64,000 nucleotides of DNA from Eledone cirrhosa (GCA_964016885.1 OZ024742.1:45942001-46006000), one strand, 5' to 3'; shown: positions 24,446 through 37,790, numbered from the stretch's first letter. The notes: a model not told the origin generated them from the letters alone. Program-made: numbers and translations.

Positions 24446-25199
24446 ATATACATATAGAATCATTCTTAACATGTTTATGTAATTGGCATAGATTTAACTT
24501 GTGTTTTAAATTTTTTAGAGACTGGATCTGTCACTCTGACACATTCATCCTAAAATGGCATTGATGATGTTACATTAATACTTGACTTTGCTTCAGGTTT
24601 AAAAGTTTACCATATCTCTAATGAAAAACATTGCCTATGTTTTTCAAATAATTTAGAAAATGATTAAGAGTTTGGAGCGATTTGATAATATAATTAACTA
24701 TTTCAGTATTAAGCTGGTGTTTGTATTGTAATTTAACAATGGTTCTTACATAATTCTGTGATGGAAGATGTTTAGATAAATATAAACATTTTAAAACAAA
24801 CAGTTTTGTATTAAAAAAAAACCCAGGGCCAGTTTCAGGTATTTTGTTATCAAAACTTTAAAACTAGTTTAGATGTTCACAATGTATTTATTCTAGTGAG
24901 AATCTTGATTAAGCTTGTTAGTTGTTTCAAAAGATAAGGTTTGGAATTATAAAGGTAGTTAACTTTTCATGATATTTCCAATTGATATGAATTAAAGCCT
25001 TTCAATTATTGACTATGGATAAGAAAGAATATGTTGTGAAAATATCTTTTGAAAACCCTCAACATTCTAACAGACAGAAACCCTTTTTCTTTTTTTCTAC
25101 TATCATCTTTGAAATTTCATTTGGAAATTTGTTCCTTATGAAATATCATTCGTTTCCAATCTAATTATAATTTTCTTTTTACTACTTGTATGTTTTTGT

Positions 25200-25520
25200 A
25201 TCATTGTCATCACCATTTTACATCTGTGTTTCCATGTATTCATGGGTTTGATGGGTCTTTTCCACTACAGTTACCTCACAACTTGCATTCTTTCATCATC
25301 TCCTCTCCGAGCTCCAGTGGTTTGAGATCAGTTCTCACCACTTCAGTCAAGGGTTTTCTCAGTTTTATTCTTCCACACCTTCCTTCCACTCGGATTGCTT
25401 GAAATTTCTTCACCCAGCGATCATCATCCATCTGCATCATGTATCTATACCAGTACTTTCTTCTCTCTTGTATATAATGTCTGACTCCTCATATACCTAG
25501 TTTTTCTCTCAGCCCATCCC
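25200..25520 (-). mobile_element. Old RTE 3' fragment
   Basis: Similar to the 3' ends at 9551 and 28009. Confidence 0.7.
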
Positions 25521-25992
25521 TACACACACACAAAGAGTTCCTGTTCAGCCAATAGTAGAAGACACTCAGTCAAAGTGCTATAATTTGAGATTGAACTCAA
25601 AACTACTTGGCTCCAAAATAAAGTTTTTAACTCCACAGTCATAAGCAGAATGTAGTTGAAAAAAAATAAGAAATAGAATAGAATTAATTTAAAATGAAAC
25701 AACAGATCTGGGATTCATAACCAATAGTAATCTTTCAAAAATAACAGATCTGAGATTCATAGACAATAGAAATCTTTCAAAAATAAGAAATGTGAATGAA
25801 ATATGTAACTAACTCCACATATATGGTTTTGTGCAAATAATTTAGTTTATTGGAAGTTGTTATAAATATAGATAACTTTGAAAAGCCCTGATGTACTAAG
25901 TTTTTAATCCTTTTGATATCCCATTGCCTGAAAGTGCCTCGGGTTCTATGGTACAAAAACTGTTTATTTTAAAGTATTTATATTTATGTGAG

Positions 25993-26330
25993 GGCACATG
26001 GCTTAGTGGTTAGAGCATTGAGCTTACAATCGTGAGGTTGTAAGTTCAATTCTTGGACCATAGTTTGCGTTGTGTTCTTGAGCAAGACACTTTGTTTCAT
26101 GTTGCTCCAGTTCACTCAGCTGTAGAAATGAGTTGCAATGTCACTGGTACCAAGCTGTATTGGCCTTTGCCTTTCTTTTGGACAACATTAGTGGTGTGGA
26201 GAGGGGAGACTGGTGTGTATGGGCAACTGCTGGTCTTCAACTAACAACCTTGCCCGAATTTGTGCCTCAGAGGGGAACTTTCTAGGTGCAAATCCCAATC
26301 ATTATTTGTGACTGAAGGGGGTCTTTACCT
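25993..26330 (+). mobile_element. Full-length CORE-type tRNA SINE
   Basis: GGCACATGGCTTAGTGGTTAGAGC head, B-box, CTTGAGCAAGACACTT core. Confidence 0.8.
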
Positions 26331-27777
26331 ATATTTATCTAAAAAAAACCTTCCATCATAATTTTATGTAAGAATCTTTGTTAAATTATTTTCCAACCAC
26401 CAGCTTAATAATTCTTTTTAACATTGGCACAAAGTCACCAATTTGGGGGACAGGGAAGTAGATTATATGGACCCCAGTACAGACAGACAGACAACTGAAG
26501 TGGGACAAGCAAAATTGACCTCAACAAGATTTAAGCACAGATTGTAGAAAGTCATAACTAAATACCACAAAACATTTTGTTCAGCGCTCTACTGATTTAG
26601 GCACAAGGCTAACAATTTTAGGGGAGAAAAGTTGATTAAATCATTACTGTGCTTTATTTTATTGACACTGTAAGGATGAAAGACAAAACTAACCTCTGGG
26701 ATATGGAATCTGAGCGTAAAATGCCATAACCATATGCCGCAAAACATGTTGACCGACACTCTACCAATGCTACCAATCCACCAGTTTAATAATGACAAGT
26801 TAGTTATAATACTAAATCACTCCAAATTCTTGATTATTTTCAAAATAATTTGAAAATGATAGAAATCTTGTAACAAAAAGGTTAACAACCAATGTAATTT
26901 TGATAACTAGATATTTCGATCATGTTTACATTATACTTTTGTTTATGTTCATGTTCATAAATTTTATTTTCCTGATACAACTTTTATTCAATTCTTCCGT
27001 GTTTTCCCGCATGAATGCATAATTTTGGTTTAGGTTCTGTGTTTTCCTGTCATATTCAACTTTTCAGTGGATGCACTTTATGGCTATTGCACATCATTTA
27101 TTGATAGTAATTCAATAAAACAAGAAGCTGTTTCTAAACACAGCTGGGAGAGAAACTTCCACAAGTCAATACAGAACTTGTTTGACTGGAAGTTTAAAAG
27201 AAAATACAATATTTTGTTTATTGAATTCAATATTACTGAGTATTATAGATTCAGAAATCTATAATTATTTGCCAAACTACTCACGCATGAATTCCAGTTG
27301 CGAGCTGACTTCAGCTCCTATTGTTTTACAGTAATATATGCCACAAGATTATATAAAAATGATATTTCTTTAGGACAATAAACGTCTAAAGGTCATCCTT
27401 TGATCTTGTCAGAACATTATTAGTGTACATCTCCATTATTTTATTACAATGTACAAGAGGAATAACTTAATAAAAATTAGGAATGTTTATATCATTTGAA
27501 AATAGACTGATAATAACTGGAATGGGTCCCTATCTATTTTTATTTGGCTCCAGATGACAACACCTAAAATGAGCCTCTATCCAGGGTTACAGATCTCCCC
27601 CATCCTCCTTGACTTTGATACGCTACATTAGTTTTCACAACCTCACCTCCATTAATCAAAATTACTACAGAAACAATGAGCAGATACCTGATCTGGGAGA
27701 TGGCTTGTGATAAAGCTTGGAACCATGTGGAATGGAGATCTCTCACTGCCCAATGCTCATGAGGAGCAGAGGGAACT

Positions 27778-27970
27778 ATGAAGGTTAGCTGAAAAGCTCA
27801 TAGGCTGACCAAGATACTCTCATGGAATGACCGAATGAGGTTTATTTTTCAGCGTAGTCCTTGGAAAGAAACAACGCATTTATTAATAAGAAGAGTTGAA
27901 TTTACTGCATCCCAGATTTCATAGCTCTAGCATCACTCCTTCATAGTCAGCCTATGAACTTTTCAGCTGA
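27778..27970. mobile_element. Mariner-like MITE
   Basis: Inverted termini CTGAAAAGCTCATAGGCTGAC / GTCAGCCTATGAACTTTTCAG. Confidence 0.65.
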
Positions 27971-28008
27971 GAAAGAAAGATATATCCATTTAAAATATGC
28001 TTTTCATT

Positions 28009-28530
28009 ATCATCATCATACGTCAGCTTTTCCCTGCTTGCAAGGGTGGGACGGGTCTTATTCAGCACAGCATCTCTCCACTTGTCACGGTTCTTCGTCA
28101 TCTCCACCGTGAGCTTCAGCGATCTGAGGTCTGTTCTCACCACCTCCGCCCATGTTTTTCGTGGTCTACCTCTACCACGTCTTCCTTTAACTGGCATTTC
28201 CTGGCACTTCTTCACCCATCGGTCATCCTCCATGCGCATCACATGTCCATACCACCTCAGTCTCCTCTCTCGCACACTACATTCTATCCCTCTCAGACAC
28301 AGTTTCTCTCTCAATACATCCATGCTGGTCGTTCACGCACATTGACATTACACATCCAACAGAGCATGCTTGCCTCATTTCTCTCCAGCCGTCGCATATC
28401 CTCTGCAATTGCTGCCCATGTCTCACTACCATGCAGCATCACGCTCCTCACACAGGCAACATATAACTGGCCTTTCGTACGCGCAGAGGAAGCAGCTCCC
28501 TATACTTCTTCCAACCAGGTCCTTATTCTA
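28009..28530 (-). mobile_element. RTE 3' fragment (same subfamily as 9551-12330)
   Basis: ERRLRWYGHVMRMEDDRWVKKC...GRPRKTW; (GAT)n tail. Confidence 0.9.
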
Positions 28531-28844
28531 GATACTATATTCAGTAATTAACTCAAACATATTTAAAATCCACATCAACAATTTTAACAAGTTAATTAAA
28601 TCATTCTTTCATTGGTTTCAATCATTGGACTATAGCCATGCTGGAGCACCATCTTTCAGGTACTTTTAGTCTATCATATGACCTCCACGAGCTTCACAGG
28701 ACTTAATTCAGTCTGGTAGTTATTTTATTGATTTCAAATTATCTAATGCCAAAGTTACCTACTGACATAAAAACACATTGATACACCAGTGTGCACAAAT
28801 CTAGGCAAAGGTGTATGTATATATATATATATCTAGGGCGGGTA

Positions 28845-29043
28845 AAATTCCTGAGATCCATGGATGAGTTCTCTCCAGTGGTCTCTGTCCTTCATCATCG
28901 CTCCTATGTCCTGCATCTCCTGGAGATGATGCTCTAAGGATGGACACTGGTCCATCCTTAGGGCATCATCATATGACATCCCCAGTCTCCCTTTTCCAGT
29001 GTGTTTGTGTAGGGGCTCCACAGGACCACTTGAGTGCAGTGTC
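28845..29043 (-). mobile_element. 3' fragment of another RTE family within (TA)n
   Basis: GRLGMSYDDAL...MMKDRDHWRELI. Confidence 0.5.
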
Positions 29044-29062
29044 AATATATATATATATGTGT

Positions 29063-30884
29063 GTGATATTGTCGGGGAGAAGTGTGTACTTAATGATGAT
29101 GGCGTACTTGCCATCACTGACGCTGATAAGAAGGTAGCTTGGAAGTGTCACTATGAAAGGCTACTAAATGAGGAGAATAAATGGGAGAAAGACAGTCTCC
29201 CCCACATCGACCCAATAGGGGGACCAGCAGTGTTAGTCGAGGGGAGTATTATAAGTAAGGCAATCAAAGATATGAAGACGGGTAAGGCGGCTGGGCCTTC
29301 GGAAATAGTTGCTGAGATGCTGAAGGCATCTGGCACGGTGGGACACACCATGGCCACCCGGATAGTTAACCAAGTCGTACAGAATGGGGTTGTTCCGAAG
29401 GACTGGCATAGCAGCATCATCGTTAACTGTTATAAGGGTAAAGGAGATGCCCTAGATAGGAGTAACTACAGAGGCATTAAACTAATCGACCAGGTCATGA
29501 AGGTCACGGAAAAAGTAATAGCGCAACTAATCAGAGAGAGAATTGATCTAGATGAAATGCAAAAGTGTCAGGCAAAAGTACCACATACGCTCTTTTCATT
29601 GTACGACAACTACAGGAGAAGTACCTAGCTAAAGGTAAACCCCTCTACTTAGCTTTTGTCGACTTGGAGAAAGCCTTCGACAGAGTCCCCCGTTCCATTA
29701 TCTGGTGGGCTCTTAGAAAACTAGGGGTTGACGAATGGCTTGTGAGAGCTATACAAGCCATGTATAAAGAAACAGTCAGCAAGGTTAGAAATAACAACGA
29801 ATATAGTGAAGAGTTTAGCGTAAAAGTTGGCGTCCATCAGGGCTCTGTTCTCAGCCCCCTACTATTTATTATTGCCCTTCAGGCTATAACAGAGGAGTTC
29901 AAGACCGGCTGCCCATGGGAACTCCTATACGCAGACGACCTGACACTCATAGCTGAATCAATGGCCGAGCTAGAGAAGAAATTCCAAACATGGAAGCACG
30001 GCCTAGAATCAAAAGGACTTAAAATTAAGCTGGCTAAGACTAAAGTTCTAGTTTGTAGGAAAGAAAATAAGGCGGCGGTCCCTTCTGGGAAATGGCCATG
30101 CTCAGTGTGTAGGAAAGGCGTAGGTAGAAACTCCATTTTATGTCCCAAATGCAAAGTATGGGTGCATAAAAGATGTAGTGGGATCACAGGTAAGCTAACT
30201 AAGAACATAGATTTTACATGTGGCCGGTACTCTGGTGCAATAAGTAGCAGCAAGTGCCCACAAAATACTAGCTCTTTCAATTGCGCAGAGGGTTCTATAG
30301 AAATAGTGGACAGCTTCCGTTACCTGGGCGACAAAATCAGCAGTGGGGGAGGGTGCTCTGAAAGTACAGTAGCTCGAGTCAGAACTGGTTGGAAAAAGTT
30401 CAGAGAGCTTATACCACTATTAGCTGCTAAAGGGTTCTCCCTAAAAATGAAAGGCAGGTCGTATGATGCCTGCATACGAACAGCAATGTTGCATGGCAGT
30501 GAGACCTGGGCATTGTGTGCAGAGAATATACGCAGACTAGAGAGGAACGAAGCTTGCATGCTCCGCTGGATGTGTAACAGTAATATACGTGAACGGCAAA
30601 GCATAAACGAACTAAAGAAAAAATTAGAAATAAGAGGAATCAGATGTTGTTTACTCGAGAGAAGGCTACGTTGGTATGGACACGTGATGCGCATGAAAGT
30701 CGATAGCTGTATAACAAAGTGCAGGGCAATAAAGATAGACGGTAGCCACGGAATAGGCAGACCTAGAAAAACCTGGGACGAGCTGATAAACTCCGACCTC
30801 ACACACTTACACCTCTCCAAGACAATGTCACTGGACCGAGACCTTTGGCGGTACTCAGTAACAGAGAAGACCCGCCTTACCTAA
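29063..30884 (+). pseudogene. RTE reverse transcriptase with PHD-like finger; frameshift near 29560, then 439 open codons
   Basis: AFVDLEKAFDRVP, HQGSVLSPLLF, YADDL, FRYLG, RLRWYGHV. Confidence 0.9.
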
Positions 30885-31275
30885 ATACATAGTAAAACCT
30901 ACTACAGCCAGTAGGCATCTCTAACAAAATACACCCCGTCCCACCACCCCACCCCATCCACCCACCCCCTTCTATGTAAAGTTATGTTGGTGCCGCGCCA
31001 TCCAGGCCGAAACAAATGAGATCGTGTAGGTGTCACAACAAAAAAACACACAGTCCACGCTGTAATGTGGCCGTGTAGGCAACACGGTAAAAACCTCCCA
31101 GACCCACACTGTAAATGTGGTTGGTGTTAGGAAGGGCATCCAACTGTAGAAAACCTGCCAGACAGTCTTATGCGAGCAAGACAATCACTCTTGCCTCAAG
31201 TGGGACTACCCCCGTCCAAACCCATGCAAGCATGGAACACGGACGTTAAACGTTGATGATGATGATGATGATGAT
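29063..31275 (+). mobile_element. RTE-clade LINE, 5'-truncated, relatively young
   Basis: RT ORF, 3' UTR and (GAT)n tail; inverted near-copy of 1-1893. Confidence 0.95.
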
Positions 31276-31451
31276 ATATATTGATATGTATATATATTGT
31301 AGTCTACCTGGTTAGGGTGGGGATGATAATGTTGTTAGAACTCAATGTGTCCTTGGAAGGAAGGTTGCAGTATAACTGGTAGTGTTTGTAGTAGGTGATC
31401 ACCACCTACAGTATCCTCAAAGATATCCATCCTGGTTACAGAGTCATTTTC

Positions 31452-31552
31452 ATATATGTGTTGGAACAATAAAAACAGAAGTCAGGTGTAGGTAGAGATG
31501 AACTAATTCTCTATCTACACCTGACTTCTGTTTTTATTGTTCAAACATATAT
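31452..31552. repeat. Near-perfect ~100-nt palindrome flanked by TA repeats
   Basis: GAACAATAAAAACAGAAGTCAGGTGTAGGTAGAGA / TCTCTATCTACACCTGACTTCTGTTTTTATTGTTC with a 9-nt loop. Confidence 0.9.
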
Positions 31553-31576
31553 ATATATATTTGGTATATATATATA

Positions 31577-31801
31577 GGCACATGGCTTAGTGGTTAGAGC
31601 ATTGGCCTTGCAATCGAAAGGTTGTGAGTTCAATTCTCAGACCGGGTGATGTGTTGTTTCCTTGAGCAAGACACTTTATTTCACATTGCTCCAGTTTACT
31701 ATGCTGTAGAAATGAGATGATAGGGACTGGGTTCCATATTATTCCACTGCAAAGTGGTCGTGGAGGTGCCATGGCAAAAAAGCACCCAGCACTCACTGTA
31801 A
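31577..31801 (+). mobile_element. CORE-type tRNA SINE (3' truncated)
   Basis: Near-identical to 3299-3470. Confidence 0.8.
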
Positions 31802-32169
31802 ATGCTAGTATGGGTTAGGCGGGTTATCCTGTTGTGGGCAATGCCAGGTCAAGTGACCATGTCTTGCTCGTACGGAACTGATTTGGGAACTGATTTCTAC
31901 AGCTTGGATGCCCTTCCTAACACCAACCTCAGTACTGGATGCTTTTTTACCGTGGCACCTACATTGTGCCCTTCCTATCATCAGCCACTTGACAAAGTGT
32001 ACTGGGTACATTTATTATGTAATTAACCAATACCAGAGAGGTGCTGGGTACATTTTATCATTGTACCAGCACTAGAAATCTTGTCATAGGCTTGGCAAAA
32101 TGTAGACATTATGTATACATAAAAACATAGTTGTCTCATTAAATTCTCAAATTTTCAAAATTAATTGAT

Positions 32170-32822
32170 ACATAGACAGTGTAGTTCAATAGAAATATGG
32201 TAAACATAGACTGTCTTTCATTAGAACCAACATAGACTGTCTTTCATTTGAAATATGGTAACAAAAGAGATAATTCCATTAGAAGCATTGTAATGACTTA
32301 GGCAGTGTGTTTCATTAGAAATGTGGTAATGACAAGGTTAATGGCATAGACAGTGCTTTTCATTAGAATTATGCTAATCAAAGGGTTAATGACATTGGCA
32401 GTGTATTTCATTATAAATATGGTAATGAAAGGATTGATGACATAGTCAGCGTCTTTCATTAGAAGAATTTTAATGAAAGAGTTAATGATAAAGACAATGT
32501 CTTTTGTTAGCAATATGGTAATGACAGGGTTAATGACAGGCAATGTATTCATTATAAGTATGGTAATGACAGAGTTAATGACATAGGCAATGCACTTCAT
32601 TAGAAATATGGTAATGACAGGGTTAATGATATAGGTAGTGTCTTTTGTTAGAATGTCTAACAGATGGGTTAAAGACATTGACAGTATCTTTCATTAGAAA
32701 TATGGTAGTGAAAGGGTTAATGACATAGGTAGTGAATTTCATTAGAAATATGGTAATGAAATGATTAATGACATAGACTGTGTTTCATTAGAAATATGGT
32801 AATTGCAGAGTTAAGGGATTAA
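32170..32822. repeat. ~48-bp minisatellite
   Basis: Unit AAAGGGTTAATGACATAGGCAGTGTCTTTCATTAGAAATATGGTAATG, about 12-13 degenerate copies. Confidence 0.85.
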
Positions 32823-32839
32823 GAACTAGTTTGATGTTT

Positions 32840-33600
32840 TGGCTTCCATCTCTTTGTACAGCCTTATATATGAATTAAACTCATAAGGAACTCCTCTCGT
32901 AATTTTTTATGTTCACAATTAAGATAGTCATCAGCAAAAATTTGCAGACTGTCATCTACATGTGGAGTGGGTGGTAGTTTTTTAGTCTCTTTTTGCTCTG
33001 CAACTCTTTCTTGTTCTAATATCAGCTTCACGTTGAACTTTCGATTATTTACCATCATCAGGGTGGTGGATTGGCAGTATCAGTAGAGGGTCAGATGCCA
33101 TGCTTTGCAGCATAGAGTTACAACCCTTTATCATCCGAGTTCAAATCCTGCTGAGGTTAACTTTGCCTTTCATCCTTACGGGGTCGATAAAATAAAGTAC
33201 CAGTCACACATTGAGGTCATTTTAATTGACTTTCCCCTTGCTCAAAATTGCTGGCCTTGTGCCTATAATAGAAATCCTTATTTACCATCATCAAACCTTC
33301 CTCAAACTTTCCAGCATTTACCATCATCATCATCATCATTTAATCTTTCTGATTTTGATGTAGACTTTCTGCTGGTGGAAAATATCTAGTCATAGATATA
33401 GTCTGTCTATATATCTTTCAGACTTCACACTATCTATAATGTTGAACTTTTTCCAGAAGTTTCTAATTATATCCTTATTCTCCCCATCAATTGCTTTTAT
33501 GAGTTGTTTTAAAATTCTTCTCAAATAATATGCCCTGATCCATCAGTTGTTTGAAATTTTATTTATCTGGATCATTTTCTGAGAAATTAAACATTTAACC
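32840..33600 (-). pseudogene. Decayed Tigger/pogo DDE transposase, split by a SINE at 33061-33280
   Basis: QLMDQ..AYYLRRILKQLIKAIDGENKDIIRNFWKKFNIIDSV and a C-terminal LILEQERVAEQKE. Confidence 0.75.
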
Positions 33601-34611
33601 TACAATTGCTATTATATCTTAAGAGTGTGCAGAGCTGTAGTAACTTCCACTGGTTGGCACTGGATGGTCTTTTGTGGTGTCCCCATGTGTCCCAGTGTCT
33701 GTTCACCATGCCACTCAGTGATGCACAATATATGCTAATTCAATCTGAGCACCTAGCTTCTTTCAGTTCAAAGACTGACATGTGTGGTGAAGAGCCACAT
33801 GCTACATGAGGTCTCTCTGATATGGCTATCATGGGATAATCTAGCAGAAACAGGTCAGATCTAGAGGAGTAAGCCTCAATAAAAATCCTGCTTGTTTCAT
33901 AGTAAACCATAGTTCATGCAGCAACAATCAGTTTAATTAGTTGACCTCGGCATCATGAACACCAGTGGCTTCGCAGTGGGTTGGCACAACTGCTCCAGTT
34001 AGCTGAGAAATCTATGACTATGCAGGTGCAATGAGCTGCCTATATTCTTGCCACTAGAAAATGCAAATGTTTCACTTTTGATTGAGAGATGACTCAAGAA
34101 GAAGAAGCTATTATATCTTGACTTATTATTTTTTTTTAAATTGAAATTGAGAAAATGAAAACTTTTTTTGTTTGAAAAATTATAAAAAAGAGAAAGGTTA
34201 AAAAGACAAATTAGTTACAAGTTGCAGCATGTTAAGTATTTGATGTCAGTTAGTTAGCTGAAATAAACCTGTAATAGTTTCAGTATAGCAGATAAGCCAA
34301 AGTATGTATTTTCGAGCCTTAACATTCCATCACAAAATTTATAACTGTATTCTCTCTATAAATAACTTGATATTCAAATTTATCATAGCTTACACAATTT
34401 TCCTGGGTATACATTGCATGTAACATTAATTATAATAATTTATTGACAAGCTTTCCTCATAAATATTTGGAATATTTCTTGGTAAATATTTTAGGTGACA
34501 TTTTCCAGAGTATCATTCATGAGAAAGTTATATAAAGAGAATTTTAATTTGTGTCTAATATTTAGAATAGTAGGAAATCTCTTTTACAGTTTGTCTTAAG
34601 AATTATCTCAT

Positions 34612-34836
34612 AACTCTTTAGTATTTACATTACTCTATATTTACTATTGTATTTTCATGGTAAAGGCTTTACCTCATATAATTATCTCACATAATATTGA
34701 ATCTACAAGATTTTGATATTATTTATTTTGAGAAGAATACTTCAATATAAGTATGAGCAGCCAGTTATGGTCAGTTTAAACAGAAAGTGGTGAGAGTATT
34801 CTGGCTGGATACAGCCGGTTTAAATGCTGGGTTAAT
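34612..34836. mobile_element. TTAA-flanked (piggyBac-like) MITE, family 1
   Basis: Homologous to 35407-35634 and 52566-52780. Confidence 0.7.
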
Positions 34837-35406
34837 ATCCTATAATGACTTACCAGAAAATGTCTAAAAACGTGTTTATTAATTCAAATGTTTATAGTGT
34901 CTTTACTGGTGAACACATCATTGTGAAAATTTGCAGTACTAGACTTAAAGACTTTAATTTTTTTCCATGTGTTGCAATCATAGTGCTGTTTTGTACTTTT
35001 AAAAGAATGTCTTGCTAATGTGGTTTCTTGTGGTACAGGACATTTAGATTTAGAGGAATATATTTTCTTATTCTATAATATTTAACCGTGAGTTTATTAA
35101 TTTTCTTGTTTACTTCTTCAAACATAATTTTATTTTCTGTATCTTTGTGGCTTTGCTATTGGTTCTATGTCTAATCCTTGTTGTCGCCAGCACTACTGCA
35201 CTTGAGATTAACAAGTACTCACTATTGTTAAGTTTGTTTACACTATGTGTATACAGAGCTCTATACCTTACTGAGTGATCAATAAATGATGAGTTTTATC
35301 TTTGATAGGAAATGCTACAGAAAATTTACAGAAATATAACGATCTTTGCATGCAGATTAATCTTGGTTCTTTTCATTCTACTTGAGTACCTAATATTGAA
35401 GAAGAT

Positions 35407-35634
35407 TTAACCCCTTAGCATTTACATTACTCTATATTTACTATTATATTTTCACAGTAAAGGCTTTACCTCACATAATAATCTCACATAATATTGAATC
35501 TATGAGATTTTGATATAATTTATTTTGAGAACAATACCTTAACCTCAGTATAAGTGGCCAGTTACAGTCACTTTGAACAGAAAGGGGTGAGAGAATTCTG
35601 TCCAGATATGGCCAGTTTAAATGTTAAAGGATTA
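35407..35634. mobile_element. TTAA-flanked (piggyBac-like) MITE, family 1
   Basis: TTAA|CCCCTTAGCATTTA ... TAAATGTTAAAGGA|TTAA. Confidence 0.75.
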
Positions 35635-36074
35635 AAGATCTTTATGTTCTTAACAAGAACTCATGGGACCCACAGATAAATTTACACTCTATTTTAATTA
35701 GAAACTATTCAGTTATTATTCCTGTAGAATTAACAAAACTTCCAGTGTCACATTTCTTTAGGAGCAGTTGCTGTTATTGTCTAGCATTAGATCAACTTTG
35801 AATGAACTATGTCATATAATAAATATATATATGAATGTATATACAACATGTTTATGTATAATAAAGATATATTAGTATTACTATACCTATTTAAAACTGT
35901 GAATGTTTTTCTATATTAGTATTACTATACCTATTTAAAACTGTGAATGTTTTTCTTAACCTAAGATTAGATATTCTTTTGATAGCTTTTGTACAGTAGG
36001 TTTGTTGCATGGAGACAGTTTTGGTTGTCAGTAAAAGTAATAGTTTATTGAACTTCTTGTCCCAATTATTATTC

Positions 36075-36300
36075 TACTAGCTGGCCCCGTGCCATAAAAG
36101 ATGATGGCTAATTGTAATATCTATACATAATATAAAAAAGAGATGTTTGTTTGTTGGTTGGCTGGTTGGTTTGTTCCTTCACGCTCACTCACACAAGTGA
36201 TACAAACACACCCCTTCCTTCCTCAGTCAACGTTATCACCCCTTTTTCCTCAGTTTATGTAATCACCCCTTCCTTCCTCAGTTATCTCTAGTGTGTAACG
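36075..36300. mobile_element. Helitron-like remnants
   Basis: Reverse hairpin plus CTAG at 36077-36110; A|TCTATAC start followed by a (GTTT/GTTG)n tract at 36120. Confidence 0.35.
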
Positions 36301-36949
36301 AACAAATACACAAGGCTATTATATTATTCTATTTGCTATACCTTCATTGCAGCTCCCTCCATTAGAGGTAGTTACAATGATCAAATAGGTAATAAAGGTT
36401 ACTTAGTACATCAAGAAAACCATCTAACTATTTCATGAACTTCATTTTATGGGTTCTTATACTTTTAATTATTCCTGTTTATCTAATGTATTTGTGAAGT
36501 CCTGATTCTCTTCCAATCTTATTAAGAAATTCTCTTAAAACAAAAACCCAACCTATCTTTAAATACTATCATACATTAACTGTGGTCAGATCCTAACCCC
36601 CCCCCTCCCCCATCATACAATCTTCTTTCATTTCTACTGGTCACAGCCTCAATCTTTTCTCTCTTGATTAACAAATAAACTATTTGTAAAGAATATCATT
36701 TGTATATGATAGATTATTGTATTAAGTATTTAGACTATTAATTCAATGTTATGGTACATTAAGTTCTTTATCATTGGACAAGGTTTCCCAATAATCTAAG
36801 TTAATTGAAAAGTTATATAAGTAATGTTTTGCAATCAATATCAAATTAGCACAATTAAAATAATTTGTGAGACAAAAATTAAACTATAGGAGATTATCTC
36901 TGTTCTATACACAGTCAAATACTACCTGTAATTATATTTACATATAATA

Positions 36950-37160
36950 TGAATTCTTAATGTCCTGTACCACATAAAACAGCATTAGCAAGGCACTCTT
37001 GGAAAGTACAAAAGATGTATAACTGCATCTCACTAAAATTTATAGTCTTTACTTTATAGAAAATTTTCGCAACCAGTAAAGGTAATATAAACATCTGAAT
37101 TAATAAACTAGCTTGTATGTATTTTCTGTTAAATCATTGCAGGATGTTAGGAGTTAAAGA
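36950..37160. mobile_element. MITE family 3 (other copies at 55603-55825 and inverted at 34840-35055)
   Basis: Inverted termini CTCTTAACATCCTGTA / TGCAGGATGTTAGGAG with TTAA-like flanks. Confidence 0.6.
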
Positions 37161-37286
37161 GTATATGTTTAAAAAAAAAGTTGAATGTGATATTGTATTA
37201 TCTTGGGTCATATATGGTGATTAATAATGGTTATGATTATTACTGTGATAACTAGTATATATATATTGATTGATAGTGTCATAACT

Positions 37287-37790
37287 AACATCTATACTAG
37301 TTAACACACTAACAATCAACATCTATACTAGTTACCACACTAACAATCAATATCTATACTAGTTACCACACTAACAATCAACATCTATACTAGTTACCAC
37401 TCAAGCAATCAACATCTATACTAGTTACCACGCTAATAATCAACATCTATACTAGCTACCACACAAAAAATCAACATCTATACTAGTTACCACACTAACA
37501 ATCAACATCTATGCTAGTTATCACACTAACAATCAACATCTATAATTGATATCACTAGTGTGATAACAATTTTAGATGTTGATTGTTAGTTTGGTAACTA
37601 GTATAGTTGTTGATTGTTAGTGAGGTAACTCTTATAGATGCTGATTGTTAGTGTGATAACTAGCATAGATGTTGATTGTTAGTGTGGTAACTAGTATAGA
37701 TGTTGATTGTTTGTGTGGTAGCTAGTATAGATGTTGATTGTTAATGTGGTAACTAGTATAGATGTTGATTGTTAATGTGATAAATATTAT
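37287..37790. repeat. Foldback structure: two inverted arrays of a 31-bp unit
   Basis: AATCAACATCTATACTAGTTACCACACTAAC about 8 times forward, then about 7 times reverse-complemented. Confidence 0.9.

Noticed and set aside
25993-26060. tRNA gene
   Set aside because: tRNA-like head continues into a SINE body; no intact cloverleaf
32298-32678. 126-aa hydrophobic repeat ORF
   Set aside because: Translation of the 48-bp minisatellite
37287-37790. CRISPR-like appearance of ~31-bp repeats (also 62720-62975)
   Set aside because: Units are contiguous with no unique spacers, there are no cas genes, and the context is eukaryotic
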